IMG/VR virus record: IMGVR_UViG_3300031673_000026
Location: 4,007 to 68,006 of that record
Length of the DNA stretch: 64,000 nucleotides
Strand: one strand, 5' to 3'
Origin: a virus
A model generated the notes under the pieces. That model did no database searches and was not told the DNA's origin. It was given only the letters and a program-made list of their open reading frames with translations. Each line of letters opens with the position of its first letter. Within the stretch, counting starts at the first letter, position 1. Of this stretch, positions 9,833 through 18,594 are shown piece by piece. The position numbers and the translations under genes were made by a program.

Positions 9833-10360
9833 GGTATATTATATCATGATCTCCTGCCTGTCGATTAGACACTCGATCGCAGCCTTTAGTTCCGCCATTT
9901 TGCGCCTGCCCTTAGCGGACACTTTCATTTTTTCGATATCGGCATCCACATCGGCAAGGAATTTCCTCCAATCCGGCTGCGACAGTATGTACTTCCCACT
10001 TGCATTGAAGGTTCCAGGACACCCGCTATCAAGCCGCGTCAGGCAGCAATATATCGGCTCTTCCCTGTATTCACCGTATCCCACGCCAGGAGTATACGAG
10101 CCCTTATCGTAACCCTTGTGTAGACACTTGCGATACTTACATAGGCTATCACATTCAGGCGGGAGATTATCGAAATCATTCTTTTTCGGCATCGATATCC
10201 TCCTTCGAGCAATAATCACCTAACCTTACTATCCTCTGGAAAAATGCGTTGATAAGCAGTCCGTATGCTACCATTTCTTGATTAGCGTCCCCGCTCCTTT
10301 CGGCATGGCGGGGCATGGCGCAAACCCCATCTGCCATCTCAGTGGCTATTGTGGTGGTGG

Positions 10361-10573
10361 TCATGATTCCATCAGCTTTATCCCGGAATCCAACTCGAAT
10401 TCTGCCTTTCGATCAAATGCGAAAAGCATCATTTTTCTGGAAATTACTGCAACCGGAAACTGCTGTTCCAGCTCGATAATATACGCTGCCAACTCTTGCA
10501 ATCGCTTGTTCTCTGCCTTGTTCCTTACGTTACCCAGGAGCGTGGCAATTTTCTTAAATCTCGAATCTGTCAT
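10361..10573 (-). CDS. hypothetical protein
   Basis: GGAGG RBS before ATG 10573; downstream of leftward promoter. Confidence 0.55.
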   Translation of the reverse strand: MTDSRFKKIATLLGNVRNKAENKRLQELAAYIIELEQQFPVAVISRKMMLFAFDRKAEFELDSGIKLMES

Positions 10574-10670
10574 TTTGCCTCCAACAAAACGGCCGGTCAA
10601 GGCGGAAAAACCAAGGGAGGAGATCCCAAAAAACCGGCTCTCCCGGCCGCTAAGTAATTTGAACGTATAC

Positions 10671-10699
10671 AATATAGTATAAATTTGTTTAAATGTCAA
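10671..10699 (-). promoter_or_regulatory. leftward sigma70 promoter
   Basis: TTGACA-17-TATATT. Confidence 0.7.
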
Positions 10700-10746
10700 C
10701 AAAAAAATAAAAAAAGATTCCAGGGGGCCGATTGGGGCAAGTGGGT

Positions 10747-10817
10747 AAAAAAGGAAGGCGGGGCCCGTTAGGACCCCATGGAGTTGAAATCATATAAATT
10801 TGGAGGATTTGTATGAT
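10747..10817 (-). ncRNA. candidate antisense sRNA complementary to the repeated early leader/RBS
   Basis: Own promoter (TTGAAA 10852-10847, 17 nt, TATAAT 10829-10824); 5' hairpin with CCUCC loop; GC hairpin followed by U-tract. Confidence 0.55.
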
Positions 10818-10861
10818 GCTTATATTATACATCCATTTTCGGGCTTTTTCAACCGGGGCGG

Positions 10862-10957
10862 AAACTTTTTTTATTTTGTTTGAAAGAATAGTTGACAAAA
10901 TAGAAAAGTTATGCTATTATTATACCGAAGTTGAAATTAAATAAAACGGAGGTAATT
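10862..10957 (+). promoter_or_regulatory. repeated early promoter/leader cassette, copy 3
   Basis: TTGACA 10892-10897, TATTAT 10915-10920; 58-bp core identical to copy 4. Confidence 0.9.
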
Positions 10958-11713
10958 ATGAATAAAGAAACGTTGACAGTAAGGACGATGGATGGGCAAG
11001 AGGCGACCGTTCTTTTCGACGAATACAGGGACAGGGTCTTGCAAAAGAGGGGGCTCAAATGGTACGTGGAATTCAAGTACGATGAGGCCATCAAGCTGTT
11101 CACCGGGATTTCCGAAGCCTTTAAGGGAAAAGAAACCGCTGTCTTAATAGTAGAGCAAGATAAGGCTGCCCGGCTTGTCCGCGCCGAAAGGGAAAGGAAG
11201 GAAAGGGTCGTTGCCGAACTGGTTGAGGCCGGGCGGGTAGTTGGGTTTCACTATGAAATTGGCTGCGACTGCGGTGACAAGATTTACTTTGTCTATCACG
11301 ATGAAGAGGATGTCAGCTTTGACATTCTCTCTAAACGGTACAGAAGGGATGAGGGTTTAGCCGCTATGGTCGCCGACAAGTTACGCGCTGGCTGCGGAAT
11401 CGAAATGAATATCAACCCCGACCTGGGGAGCTACGGCGGATGGAAACTTACCGAAGCGCAGACCGCCTTGCTCATGGAAGCGGCCACCGAAGGCTTACAG
11501 GAAGAAGCTGAAATAAAAGAAAAAGAAAAGACCGAAGGAGAAGCGGCCACCGCCGCTATCTACCAGAAAGCCCAGGACACTGGTAAGCCGCAAGTATTGT
11601 CAATGTACTCCGAAGATTGCAATCGCCCTGACTATGCCTGCGACGTTGACAATATCGTTACTTACGCGATGCCGGATGGAAGCACATTCACGGAAAGAAT
11701 TCACTGCCATTGA
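10958..11713 (+). CDS. hypothetical early protein
   Basis: First gene after cassette 3; C-terminal C-x6-C...HCH putative metal site. Confidence 0.65.
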   Translation: MNKETLTVRTMDGQEATVLFDEYRDRVLQKRGLKWYVEFKYDEAIKLFTGISEAFKGKETAVLIVEQDKAARLVRAERERKERVVAELVEAGRVVGFHYEIGCDCGDKIYFVYHDEEDVSFDILSKRYRRDEGLAAMVADKLRAGCGIEMNINPDLGSYGGWKLTEAQTALLMEAATEGLQEEAEIKEKEKTEGEAATAAIYQKAQDTGKPQVLSMYSEDCNRPDYACDVDNIVTYAMPDGSTFTERIHCH

Positions 11714-11920
11714 GGAGAAAACAATGAACTTAACAGGACTCAAAGTAAAAACCGACAGTGGGCTTGGCGGAGTTTTTGATTGTGTGATAGTCAAGGCGGA
11801 CAGAGATCAATGCGAGCTTAAGGTAACGTCTGGCGGATGGACGAATCTCAAGCTGACGGTAGATGTCAAGGACATTCAGGTGAATCTAAAGTATGTCCTG
11901 GGTAGAATAGGAGGGGCAAG

Positions 11921-12352
11921 ATGAACCCGAAAATAGAAGCGAAAATAGAAAAATCCGGTGAGTATACACGGCGAATACACATCTTAATTACCGGAACGCT
12001 TTCCATGTACGATGTTGGCGGTGCATTCAAGGAAATTTCTAGAGTAATATTAATGGCGATTAGGTGCAACGGCGCCATGTCTGACAGCTATACGTTCAAG
12101 GAGATATGGGAGGAAGCAATAGAAGATGAAAACGTTACTTGCCAGGTCTGTGACAGCGGTCAAGACCATAACCTATTCCTTTCATACCAGACCGTTAGCG
12201 GACGAAATTTCTTTTTCCAGTATCACGACAAGGATTATGCGGAAATCAATTGTTACTTCCACCCAGAATCTAAGAATTTAGCTGCGATGATAATGGATGC
12301 GGTTAGTGGAACTGGATTATATGTCGATATTGAAGATGGAGGTAAAAAATGA
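11921..12352 (+). CDS. hypothetical protein
   Basis: RBS, coupled operon. Confidence 0.55.
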   Translation: MNPKIEAKIEKSGEYTRRIHILITGTLSMYDVGGAFKEISRVILMAIRCNGAMSDSYTFKEIWEEAIEDENVTCQVCDSGQDHNLFLSYQTVSGRNFFFQYHDKDYAEINCYFHPESKNLAAMIMDAVSGTGLYVDIEDGGKK

Positions 12353-12726
12353 GAAAAACAGTCGAAACGTTAAAAAAGGATTTCGAGGGAAAATACGGGG
12401 AACTACCAATAGTCGAAATAATAGAGCTGCTCGACTATTCCCTCTATGAGCAAACATACGAGAACGAAAAAATTAAACAAGCGTTTAATGGAGTGGCGCT
12501 GGCATTATTCTGGCCCCGGATTAAAGCAATAATCGAGGATTCGAGATGGCGGACCTTTGATGAGGAGCCAAAGCCGGGACACATCGCGATAGCCAATACT
12601 GTCGGCTCCGTTTATTCGTTTGTAGTAAAGGAGGAGGTGCGATACAATTGGAGAAGCGAAAAGAAAAGCGGTGCAATGTGGAAGCCGGTCGGGCCGCTGC
12701 CGAAAAATAAGGAAACTAAAATATAA
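12349..12726 (+). CDS. hypothetical protein with DUF551-like C-terminus
   Basis: W....EP ... WKPVGPLP pattern. Confidence 0.45.
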   Translation: MRKTVETLKKDFEGKYGELPIVEIIELLDYSLYEQTYENEKIKQAFNGVALALFWPRIKAIIEDSRWRTFDEEPKPGHIAIANTVGSVYSFVVKEEVRYNWRSEKKSGAMWKPVGPLPKNKETKI

Positions 12727-12978
12727 AAGGAGGAAACCATGGGTAAGGCAGTAAGGGTGATCTACAATCACAGCAGGCAGGGAATTATAATTAACGGCGA
12801 AAGGCACTGGGATGCGCACTGGGATGAGTATACAGTCGGGGACGGCATAAAGGAAATAACAGATTGCAGTGGAGATGGTGGCTCTACATCTGTACGTGTC
12901 GTTCGCAGCGACGGCACTTATTCGATTGTATACAATGCTGTTGAAGTGTTCTATGAAAAGTAAAACAAGCTAATCGAT

Positions 12979-13024
12979 GCCCGGCAGGCCGTGATTCATT
13001 ACCACTCCTGCCGGGCATTTTTTT
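12979..13024 (+). terminator. intrinsic terminator
   Basis: GCCCGGCAGG...CCTGCCGGGC followed by T-run. Confidence 0.8.
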
Positions 13025-13063
13025 ATTGTTGACAATTATGGGGGATTGATACATAATAGTGTC

Positions 13064-13381
13064 ATGATTATCAGACTGAAAAATGAAAAAATATATGATG
13101 GACTCGATTACCCTTACGTTGCAATCGGCAGCACCCTTGACCGGGGCGGCGGAAAACTGGTAATCGTTACCGATGAGGTAACGGACATGGAGACCGGGGA
13201 AAGGACATTAACGGTCGAGTCCTACAGCAAGGCCCTAAAAAAGAAATACTCCCGGCGACGCGGGGTTAACGTATTCTTTTGGGGGTACAATAAGAACGTA
13301 ACTGGGAAAGGCGACATTTCCATATTTAACAGAAATAAAGCCATACCAGAATTAAAGGAGATCAAATGCCAGACAAAATAA
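13064..13381 (+). CDS. hypothetical protein, apparently leaderless
   Basis: TTGACA-17-CATAAT then ATG 6 nt later. Confidence 0.55.
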   Translation: MIIRLKNEKIYDGLDYPYVAIGSTLDRGGGKLVIVTDEVTDMETGERTLTVESYSKALKKKYSRRRGVNVFFWGYNKNVTGKGDISIFNRNKAIPELKEIKCQTK

Positions 13382-14724
13382 AACTGATTTGCAGCCCGCT
13401 GGGTGGGTATTCGCTTTTGTCACGCGATAAGTGGCATATATCGTACATGAACCCGGACGGCAGCCTTGACATGCCGCGCCTGGAAGAAATCCTGCGGAGG
13501 ATAGCCAACGCTGGAGCGAACGCCATCAGGGAATTTCCCTGGTGGATACAGAATGAAGGGGAAATGGCGGTGCTTAGTGGCTTTACTGTAGACAAGTCTC
13601 TGCCTGCTCACAATGACATGATTATGAATCCTAACTATTTCAATAATCAACGTACGATAGCAGAGACAGCGAAGAAATATAACCTGGAATATATCTTTTG
13701 TCTCTACAACAACAGCGAAACGGTCCCTAATAAGGACGGCGTTTTCTCCCCATGGTCACAATGGAACGGCGATAAGGAATTTTTCTATAAGAATGAAGCC
13801 GGTCCCTACCGAAAGCAGTGGATAGAAAAAATACTAGAGACGTTCACCGGCATGGAAAACGTTTCTTATGATCTGGTCAATGAAGGGTCACACAAATACC
13901 CGGTAGAAATAGCGCAAATGTACCTGGGGATGCTAAGTTACGGGGTGCCGGTAAACAGGCTCAGTATCGGGATAAATTACGGTGAAAAGAAGATAAATAC
14001 CGATCTTATCGGCAGTTACAAAAAGTTTTCAGATAGGATCATATTCCTTCGCGGTGAGCAATTCTATATCGACAATGTTAAACGGCCCAGCGGGTCCTGG
14101 AGCCCGTTCCACGCCATCGATGATAAGAGATTGGCGGTATTCTGGACCGACGGGCTGGAGCCAGGCCAGGGAGTTCCAAAAGGCGGGCACCGGCCGACAA
14201 AATACAGCACCGACGGAACACGAATTGACGGCCTGCGCCCGAATCTCATGCAGACATACGATATGGCCAAGCGCGTCATGAGCACGAAATCAAGGGCGGT
14301 AGATAAGGGTATCGTTGCTATAGAGGTACTATTCGGAAAAGAAATGAATATTGTTGACCCCACGGCAGCCATGACAGGACTAACGCTGGCATACCAGGAA
14401 CATACCGGTGAATTTCCGGAAAATTACGGAAAATTCCCTGCCGAAGAAGTGCCGCCGGAGGATACAGATATCGATGAAGCGGTGGATTTGCTTTCGGGAA
14501 TGATAGGGGAGCGGCTACAGATTATCGAGAAAACAGAGAAAGCCCTCAAGTTAATCGATAGATTCGTCGCGGAAGCTACAGCGTTAGAGCCCACGGCGGC
14601 CTCACAATTAGGAAAGGCCGGCCGGGCCGTGTTCGCCGCAAAGGAAATGAGTACCGGCCCGATAGAACAAATAGTAAGCGCCCTGAAATTTATCGATGAA
14701 TATAATGGACAGGTGGCAAAATGA
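13366..14724 (+). CDS. clan GH-A (GH5-like) glycoside hydrolase-like protein with C-terminal helical tail
   Basis: GANAIREF, YDLVNEG acid/base motif, STDG at the usual nucleophile position. Confidence 0.55.
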   Translation: MPDKIKLICSPLGGYSLLSRDKWHISYMNPDGSLDMPRLEEILRRIANAGANAIREFPWWIQNEGEMAVLSGFTVDKSLPAHNDMIMNPNYFNNQRTIAETAKKYNLEYIFCLYNNSETVPNKDGVFSPWSQWNGDKEFFYKNEAGPYRKQWIEKILETFTGMENVSYDLVNEGSHKYPVEIAQMYLGMLSYGVPVNRLSIGINYGEKKINTDLIGSYKKFSDRIIFLRGEQFYIDNVKRPSGSWSPFHAIDDKRLAVFWTDGLEPGQGVPKGGHRPTKYSTDGTRIDGLRPNLMQTYDMAKRVMSTKSRAVDKGIVAIEVLFGKEMNIVDPTAAMTGLTLAYQEHTGEFPENYGKFPAEEVPPEDTDIDEAVDLLSGMIGERLQIIEKTEKALKLIDRFVAEATALEPTAASQLGKAGRAVFAAKEMSTGPIEQIVSALKFIDEYNGQVAK

Positions 14725-15635
14725 TACTTGGAATCAATCTACACAACCCACACCCTGACTCCTTGGGGGTTCTCAAGGAATTTGGTTTTAAGCACGTCCG
14801 GTTGGATTTTTCATGGGATATCCTGGAGCCGGAAAGAGATGCTCATAACAATGAGCAAATGGACTACGCTGTCGAATGGGCGAAGGAAAACGATATCGAT
14901 GTCCTGGGGATACTGGCATATACCCCCGGATGGGCTAATGGCGGGAATAGCAGGAATTATCCGCCCTTGGAAGTAGAAATCAGGTACTGGCAACGATTTG
15001 TTCATCTAACGATACAGCGTTACCACTGGGTGAAATATTGGGAAATATGGAACGAGCCCAATCTCGATCAATTTTTTCATGGCGACGTTGCGGAGTACAT
15101 GAGCAAGGTTTACGTGCCTGCGAAAGATGTCATCCGGGGGCACGCAAGCCGTCAAATAACGATGAATTATAGCGGGCCCTATGTATGCGGACCGGCGCTT
15201 GCACACCTGGAGGGGGCTAATTGGTCGCGGTGGATGAGGGATATCCTTGGTGGACATCCCTATTCCGATGATATTGCCGTTGTGACGCACCATAATTACC
15301 CGGAAGACCCAAACGAATTTTGGCAACGCATGGAGAAGGTTCGTAAAATACAGGCCGGGGAAGGGCACGCTGATAAGCCGCTGTGGATAACCGAGTTCGG
15401 GCGGAAGGTAGGTAGGTATATAACGGAAGCCGAACAGGCAGAGTGGTTCCGGGCGCAACTTTCCGTATTTAACGGTCACGATGAAATTGATAGGGCATAC
15501 ATATACGTACAATACGATGACTCGGACCCGAAATATGCAGGTTTTGGCCTTACCGGCCCGCCCCCTGAGTTTCGGATGAAACCGGCCGGGGAAGTGGTGA
15601 AAGAATATTTACGAAAACAAGGAGAAATAACATGA
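14721..15635 (+). CDS. clan GH-A glycoside hydrolase (GH5/GH39-like)
   Basis: VRLDFSW, YTPGWA, WEIWNEPN, HHNY, LWITEFG. Confidence 0.85.
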   Translation: MILGINLHNPHPDSLGVLKEFGFKHVRLDFSWDILEPERDAHNNEQMDYAVEWAKENDIDVLGILAYTPGWANGGNSRNYPPLEVEIRYWQRFVHLTIQRYHWVKYWEIWNEPNLDQFFHGDVAEYMSKVYVPAKDVIRGHASRQITMNYSGPYVCGPALAHLEGANWSRWMRDILGGHPYSDDIAVVTHHNYPEDPNEFWQRMEKVRKIQAGEGHADKPLWITEFGRKVGRYITEAEQAEWFRAQLSVFNGHDEIDRAYIYVQYDDSDPKYAGFGLTGPPPEFRMKPAGEVVKEYLRKQGEIT

Positions 15636-16024
15636 GTAGAAAAACGATATTAATGGTCGTGGGAGCAGTTGCGTCCGGGATCATTTTGTTAGGAAAAAAA
15701 TGGGGTATCGATTACGACCCGGTGCAAGTAGAAGGCGTTTTGGCGTCCATCATCATATTCCTTTTCGGAGTACAGAAACTGGACAAGATAAGATTGTCAT
15801 CCTTCCAGGGGATCAAGGACAAATTCAAAACCATCGAATTCCGAACGGTGATTATCGGTATAGCCGTTCACCTCCTATTGCCGGCGCTTAAAAAGTTCGC
15901 GGGTCTCTCAATAGACCCGGGCACGGTCACAATGATAATGACCGTAATCCTTACCGGAACCCTTGGCATCAAATACGCGAAGCAAACCCAAAAGAACAGG
16001 ATTGATGGGAGCATAACGAAATGA
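15632..16024 (+). CDS. holin-like four-TM protein
   Basis: Four hydrophobic segments with internal duplication (GIDYDP / GLSIDP). Confidence 0.55.
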   Translation: MSRKTILMVVGAVASGIILLGKKWGIDYDPVQVEGVLASIIIFLFGVQKLDKIRLSSFQGIKDKFKTIEFRTVIIGIAVHLLLPALKKFAGLSIDPGTVTMIMTVILTGTLGIKYAKQTQKNRIDGSITK

Positions 16025-16728
16025 CTATCAAGGGCTTAGGGGTGCTAATCGGCATCAAAAAAATCGGCAAATGGGCAGCCATCGTCGCCGGTGCAATCGC
16101 CATTGTTATCGTAATGCCGCACTACATCGGCAATTGCAACGCGGAGAAGATGGACGCAAGGATTGAGAGCCTGAAAGCGGCAGCGGGAATGGAAAAGATA
16201 AAGACTGATAGTGAGATAGCGGCCGCAAAAGAAAAAGCTAAAACCGGACATGAAAAAACAGACGAATTATTTATGCAGGCAGCGGAAGTACCACAGGGGC
16301 TCGTGACAGCCAAAATAAAGCCGAAACCCCAAAGCATAGATAAAGGGAAGAGCGACGTAACAAGAGCGGAATATGACCGGTTGCAGGCAGAATACCTGCT
16401 CCTTAGCGATGCATACAACCATCTTATAGTTACTAATCAGGAAATCCAAAGAGAATGGATTAAGAAAATATCAGAATTAAGCAGAGCCATGAGAGCAGAG
16501 CGTGATCTAAGCGAAGAAGTCCAGGCGAAAATGAAAGAAAAATATGACAGTCTTGAAAGGCTTACTAAAGAACTGCGAATAGGGTACAATAAATTGTACA
16601 GTACGCGGCATAGAAGTCCGTTCCGTTTGGGGCTTGGCCTGCTCGTAGGGAAAAGCCTTTTTCCGAAAGGAGGGGCGGTGCTTGCTGGCGGAGTGACGCT
16701 GACATTTGACACAAATATAATAAAATAG
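16021..16728 (+). CDS. spanin-like protein (N-terminal TM, coiled coil, C-terminal beta-hairpin)
   Basis: TM anchor, long coiled coil, C-terminal FRLGLGLLVG...GGVTLTF. Confidence 0.5.
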   Translation: MTIKGLGVLIGIKKIGKWAAIVAGAIAIVIVMPHYIGNCNAEKMDARIESLKAAAGMEKIKTDSEIAAAKEKAKTGHEKTDELFMQAAEVPQGLVTAKIKPKPQSIDKGKSDVTRAEYDRLQAEYLLLSDAYNHLIVTNQEIQREWIKKISELSRAMRAERDLSEEVQAKMKEKYDSLERLTKELRIGYNKLYSTRHRSPFRLGLGLLVGKSLFPKGGAVLAGGVTLTFDTNIIK

Positions 16729-16738
16729 TGACGCTTCC

Positions 16739-17092
16739 ATGCCACCGGGAGCAGGAGGGCGAGTGGCAGAACCAGCGGTTGAAATAGCGACCAATATAGG
16801 AATGATAGGGGGATGCATTGGGTTCCTTATAAGTGTTGTTAGGGGCTCTTACAGGAAGCGCGTCGAGACTGTGTCAACAGAAGTAAAGGTATTGAAGGAA
16901 AGGGTTGGCGCGGCGGAACGTGACATTGTGACCGTTCGCAGCGATGTGGATGTACTACAATGTGACACCGGGGAGCTGAAAGTTAAGGCGGCGACGGTTG
17001 CCGGTAGGCTTGAGGCGACCACCGAAAAACTCAGCGAAATATCCGAAACATTGACCAAGCTTGTCGATAGACTGATTGACAAGAGCAACTAA
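16739..17092 (+). CDS. TM + coiled-coil lysis-associated protein
   Basis: Single TM then heptad repeats; start uncertain. Confidence 0.45.
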   Translation: MPPGAGGRVAEPAVEIATNIGMIGGCIGFLISVVRGSYRKRVETVSTEVKVLKERVGAAERDIVTVRSDVDVLQCDTGELKVKAATVAGRLEATTEKLSEISETLTKLVDRLIDKSN

Positions 17093-17150
17093 TATCAAGT
17101 AATTTCACCGTTCGACCGGGCGATGGAAACGTAGGTCACCACTCCGCGCA

Positions 17151-17248
17151 AAACTTTTTTTATTTTGTTTAAGAAATTAGTTGACAAAATAGAAAAGTTA
17201 TGCTATTATTATACCGAAGTTGAAATTAAATAAAAATTGGAGGATAAA
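17151..17248 (+). promoter_or_regulatory. repeated early promoter/leader cassette, copy 4
   Basis: TTGACA 17181-17186, TATTAT 17204-17209, same leader. Confidence 0.9.
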
Positions 17249-17542
17249 ATGACTTTAAAGAGGAAGCTGTACAAGAAGGACGGAACGTTTGTCAAGCTGG
17301 AAACACCACTCAATCTCATCAGCATAGACAAGATGAGCGACTGCAAGAACGTCGATGCCCCTATATTCGGTGACATCGATGAAAATACCGAAATCGCTAT
17401 CTACAAAATCGACGGGACGAATGATTACCTCGTTTCCATTGATTTTTACGGTGATGACGTTGACTATACAGACGATTCGATTGTGAGCGCTGACGAAAGA
17501 ACGGTGCTCATCGAAAAGTACAATTTAGGGAGGAAAAAATGA
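17249..17542 (+). CDS. acidic early protein
   Basis: GGAGG RBS; Asp-rich. Confidence 0.6.
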   Translation: MTLKRKLYKKDGTFVKLETPLNLISIDKMSDCKNVDAPIFGDIDENTEIAIYKIDGTNDYLVSIDFYGDDVDYTDDSIVSADERTVLIEKYNLGRKK

Positions 17543-17811
17543 ACGTATATTTTAAGTTAGAAGAAAAAAAGGAAGGCCAGGAAATCTTTTGGTGCGGCAT
17601 TGATGCCGAAACGGCATGGGAGTACGATGATTATTGTGACGAAGTGGGGCGCTATGGAGACGAAGGCACCTACACCATGACAGGGCATGAGTTTCGGAAT
17701 AGCGATATTCACAGTGATTTTAACCGGGCCTACAACTTGCTCCCGGTAGGCGTTGAGATGGCGGACATTAGGTGTCTGCCCACCACAAGACACGGAGGAC
17801 AAAATGAATGA
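17539..17811 (+). CDS. acidic early protein
   Basis: GGAGG RBS; D/E-rich. Confidence 0.6.
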   Translation: MNVYFKLEEKKEGQEIFWCGIDAETAWEYDDYCDEVGRYGDEGTYTMTGHEFRNSDIHSDFNRAYNLLPVGVEMADIRCLPTTRHGGQNE

Positions 17812-18139
17812 AGTAAAATTTAGAGAAAGAACAACCATGGTGGTCGATAACAATCCAAACGGTAATTATGAAGAAAGTATCGGCGACCACACGCTTTTAG
17901 TATCCGATACTGTAATTTGTGAGTGGGACTCCGATGACAGCGAATACGGCTACCAGGCGAACGCTATTTACCCGGCGTATTGGGATGGAAAAAAATCATG
18001 GTTGCACACCACAAGCTGGATTCCAGGTAGTGGGTATTGTGCAGACGGCGGCGGAGACAATATCCTATCATGGGAAGATGGGGTCGATCTCTTGCTAAGG
18101 CGAGGGGCCTACGAGCAAGCTTTTGAAAATAGCAAATAA
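17804..18139 (+). CDS. acidic early protein
   Basis: GGAGG RBS; D/E-rich. Confidence 0.6.
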   Translation: MNEVKFRERTTMVVDNNPNGNYEESIGDHTLLVSDTVICEWDSDDSEYGYQANAIYPAYWDGKKSWLHTTSWIPGSGYCADGGGDNILSWEDGVDLLLRRGAYEQAFENSK

Positions 18140-18150
18140 CGGAGGATAAA

Positions 18151-18594
18151 ATGAGTAAGCAACAATGGTACAAGATGACCGAAAACGAAGTAATCAAAGT
18201 CCTGGAATCGGTGGTGAACTGGGTGGAATATAATAAGGTAACTACGTTCTCGGAATACGGAACGCAGGTAATTATCGAGACGGACGGAAGCGTCGAAACA
18301 ATGGGCTCCAATACCCGCCCGACGGATGATTACGCCGGTGATATCCTATATATGACCGACGTTATCGGGTACGGAAATATCGACCAGGATTACTACCTGG
18401 ACGGCTGGGGCGAAGTCATAGAGGATGGAGACTTTTTCTTAACCGACGATGGGAGAAAACTGGAGATAAAAGAGGCCATAGAAGAAGCCATCGAGGATGG
18501 AGATTTTACCGACGATATTCAGAAGGTAAAAGACCAGGCGCTTTTCGTCTGGAGCGAAGCTATGAGAAACTATCGCGAAGGCTTCGGGGAATAA
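18151..18594 (+). CDS. very acidic early protein (possible DNA mimic)
   Basis: GGAGG RBS; strongly D/E-rich. Confidence 0.6.
   Translation: MSKQQWYKMTENEVIKVLESVVNWVEYNKVTTFSEYGTQVIIETDGSVETMGSNTRPTDDYAGDILYMTDVIGYGNIDQDYYLDGWGEVIEDGDFFLTDDGRKLEIKEAIEEAIEDGDFTDDIQKVKDQALFVWSEAMRNYREGFGE

Noticed and set aside
4769-17248. Repeats as a CRISPR array or att sites
   Set aside because: Copies are kilobases apart, in both orientations, and consist of promoter/RBS elements; no cas or integrase gene seen.
3954-18268. Duplicated segment as a DGR template/variable repeat pair
   Set aside because: No reverse transcriptase in the window; the repeat is at a gene 5' end and adenine-specific directionality is not consistent.
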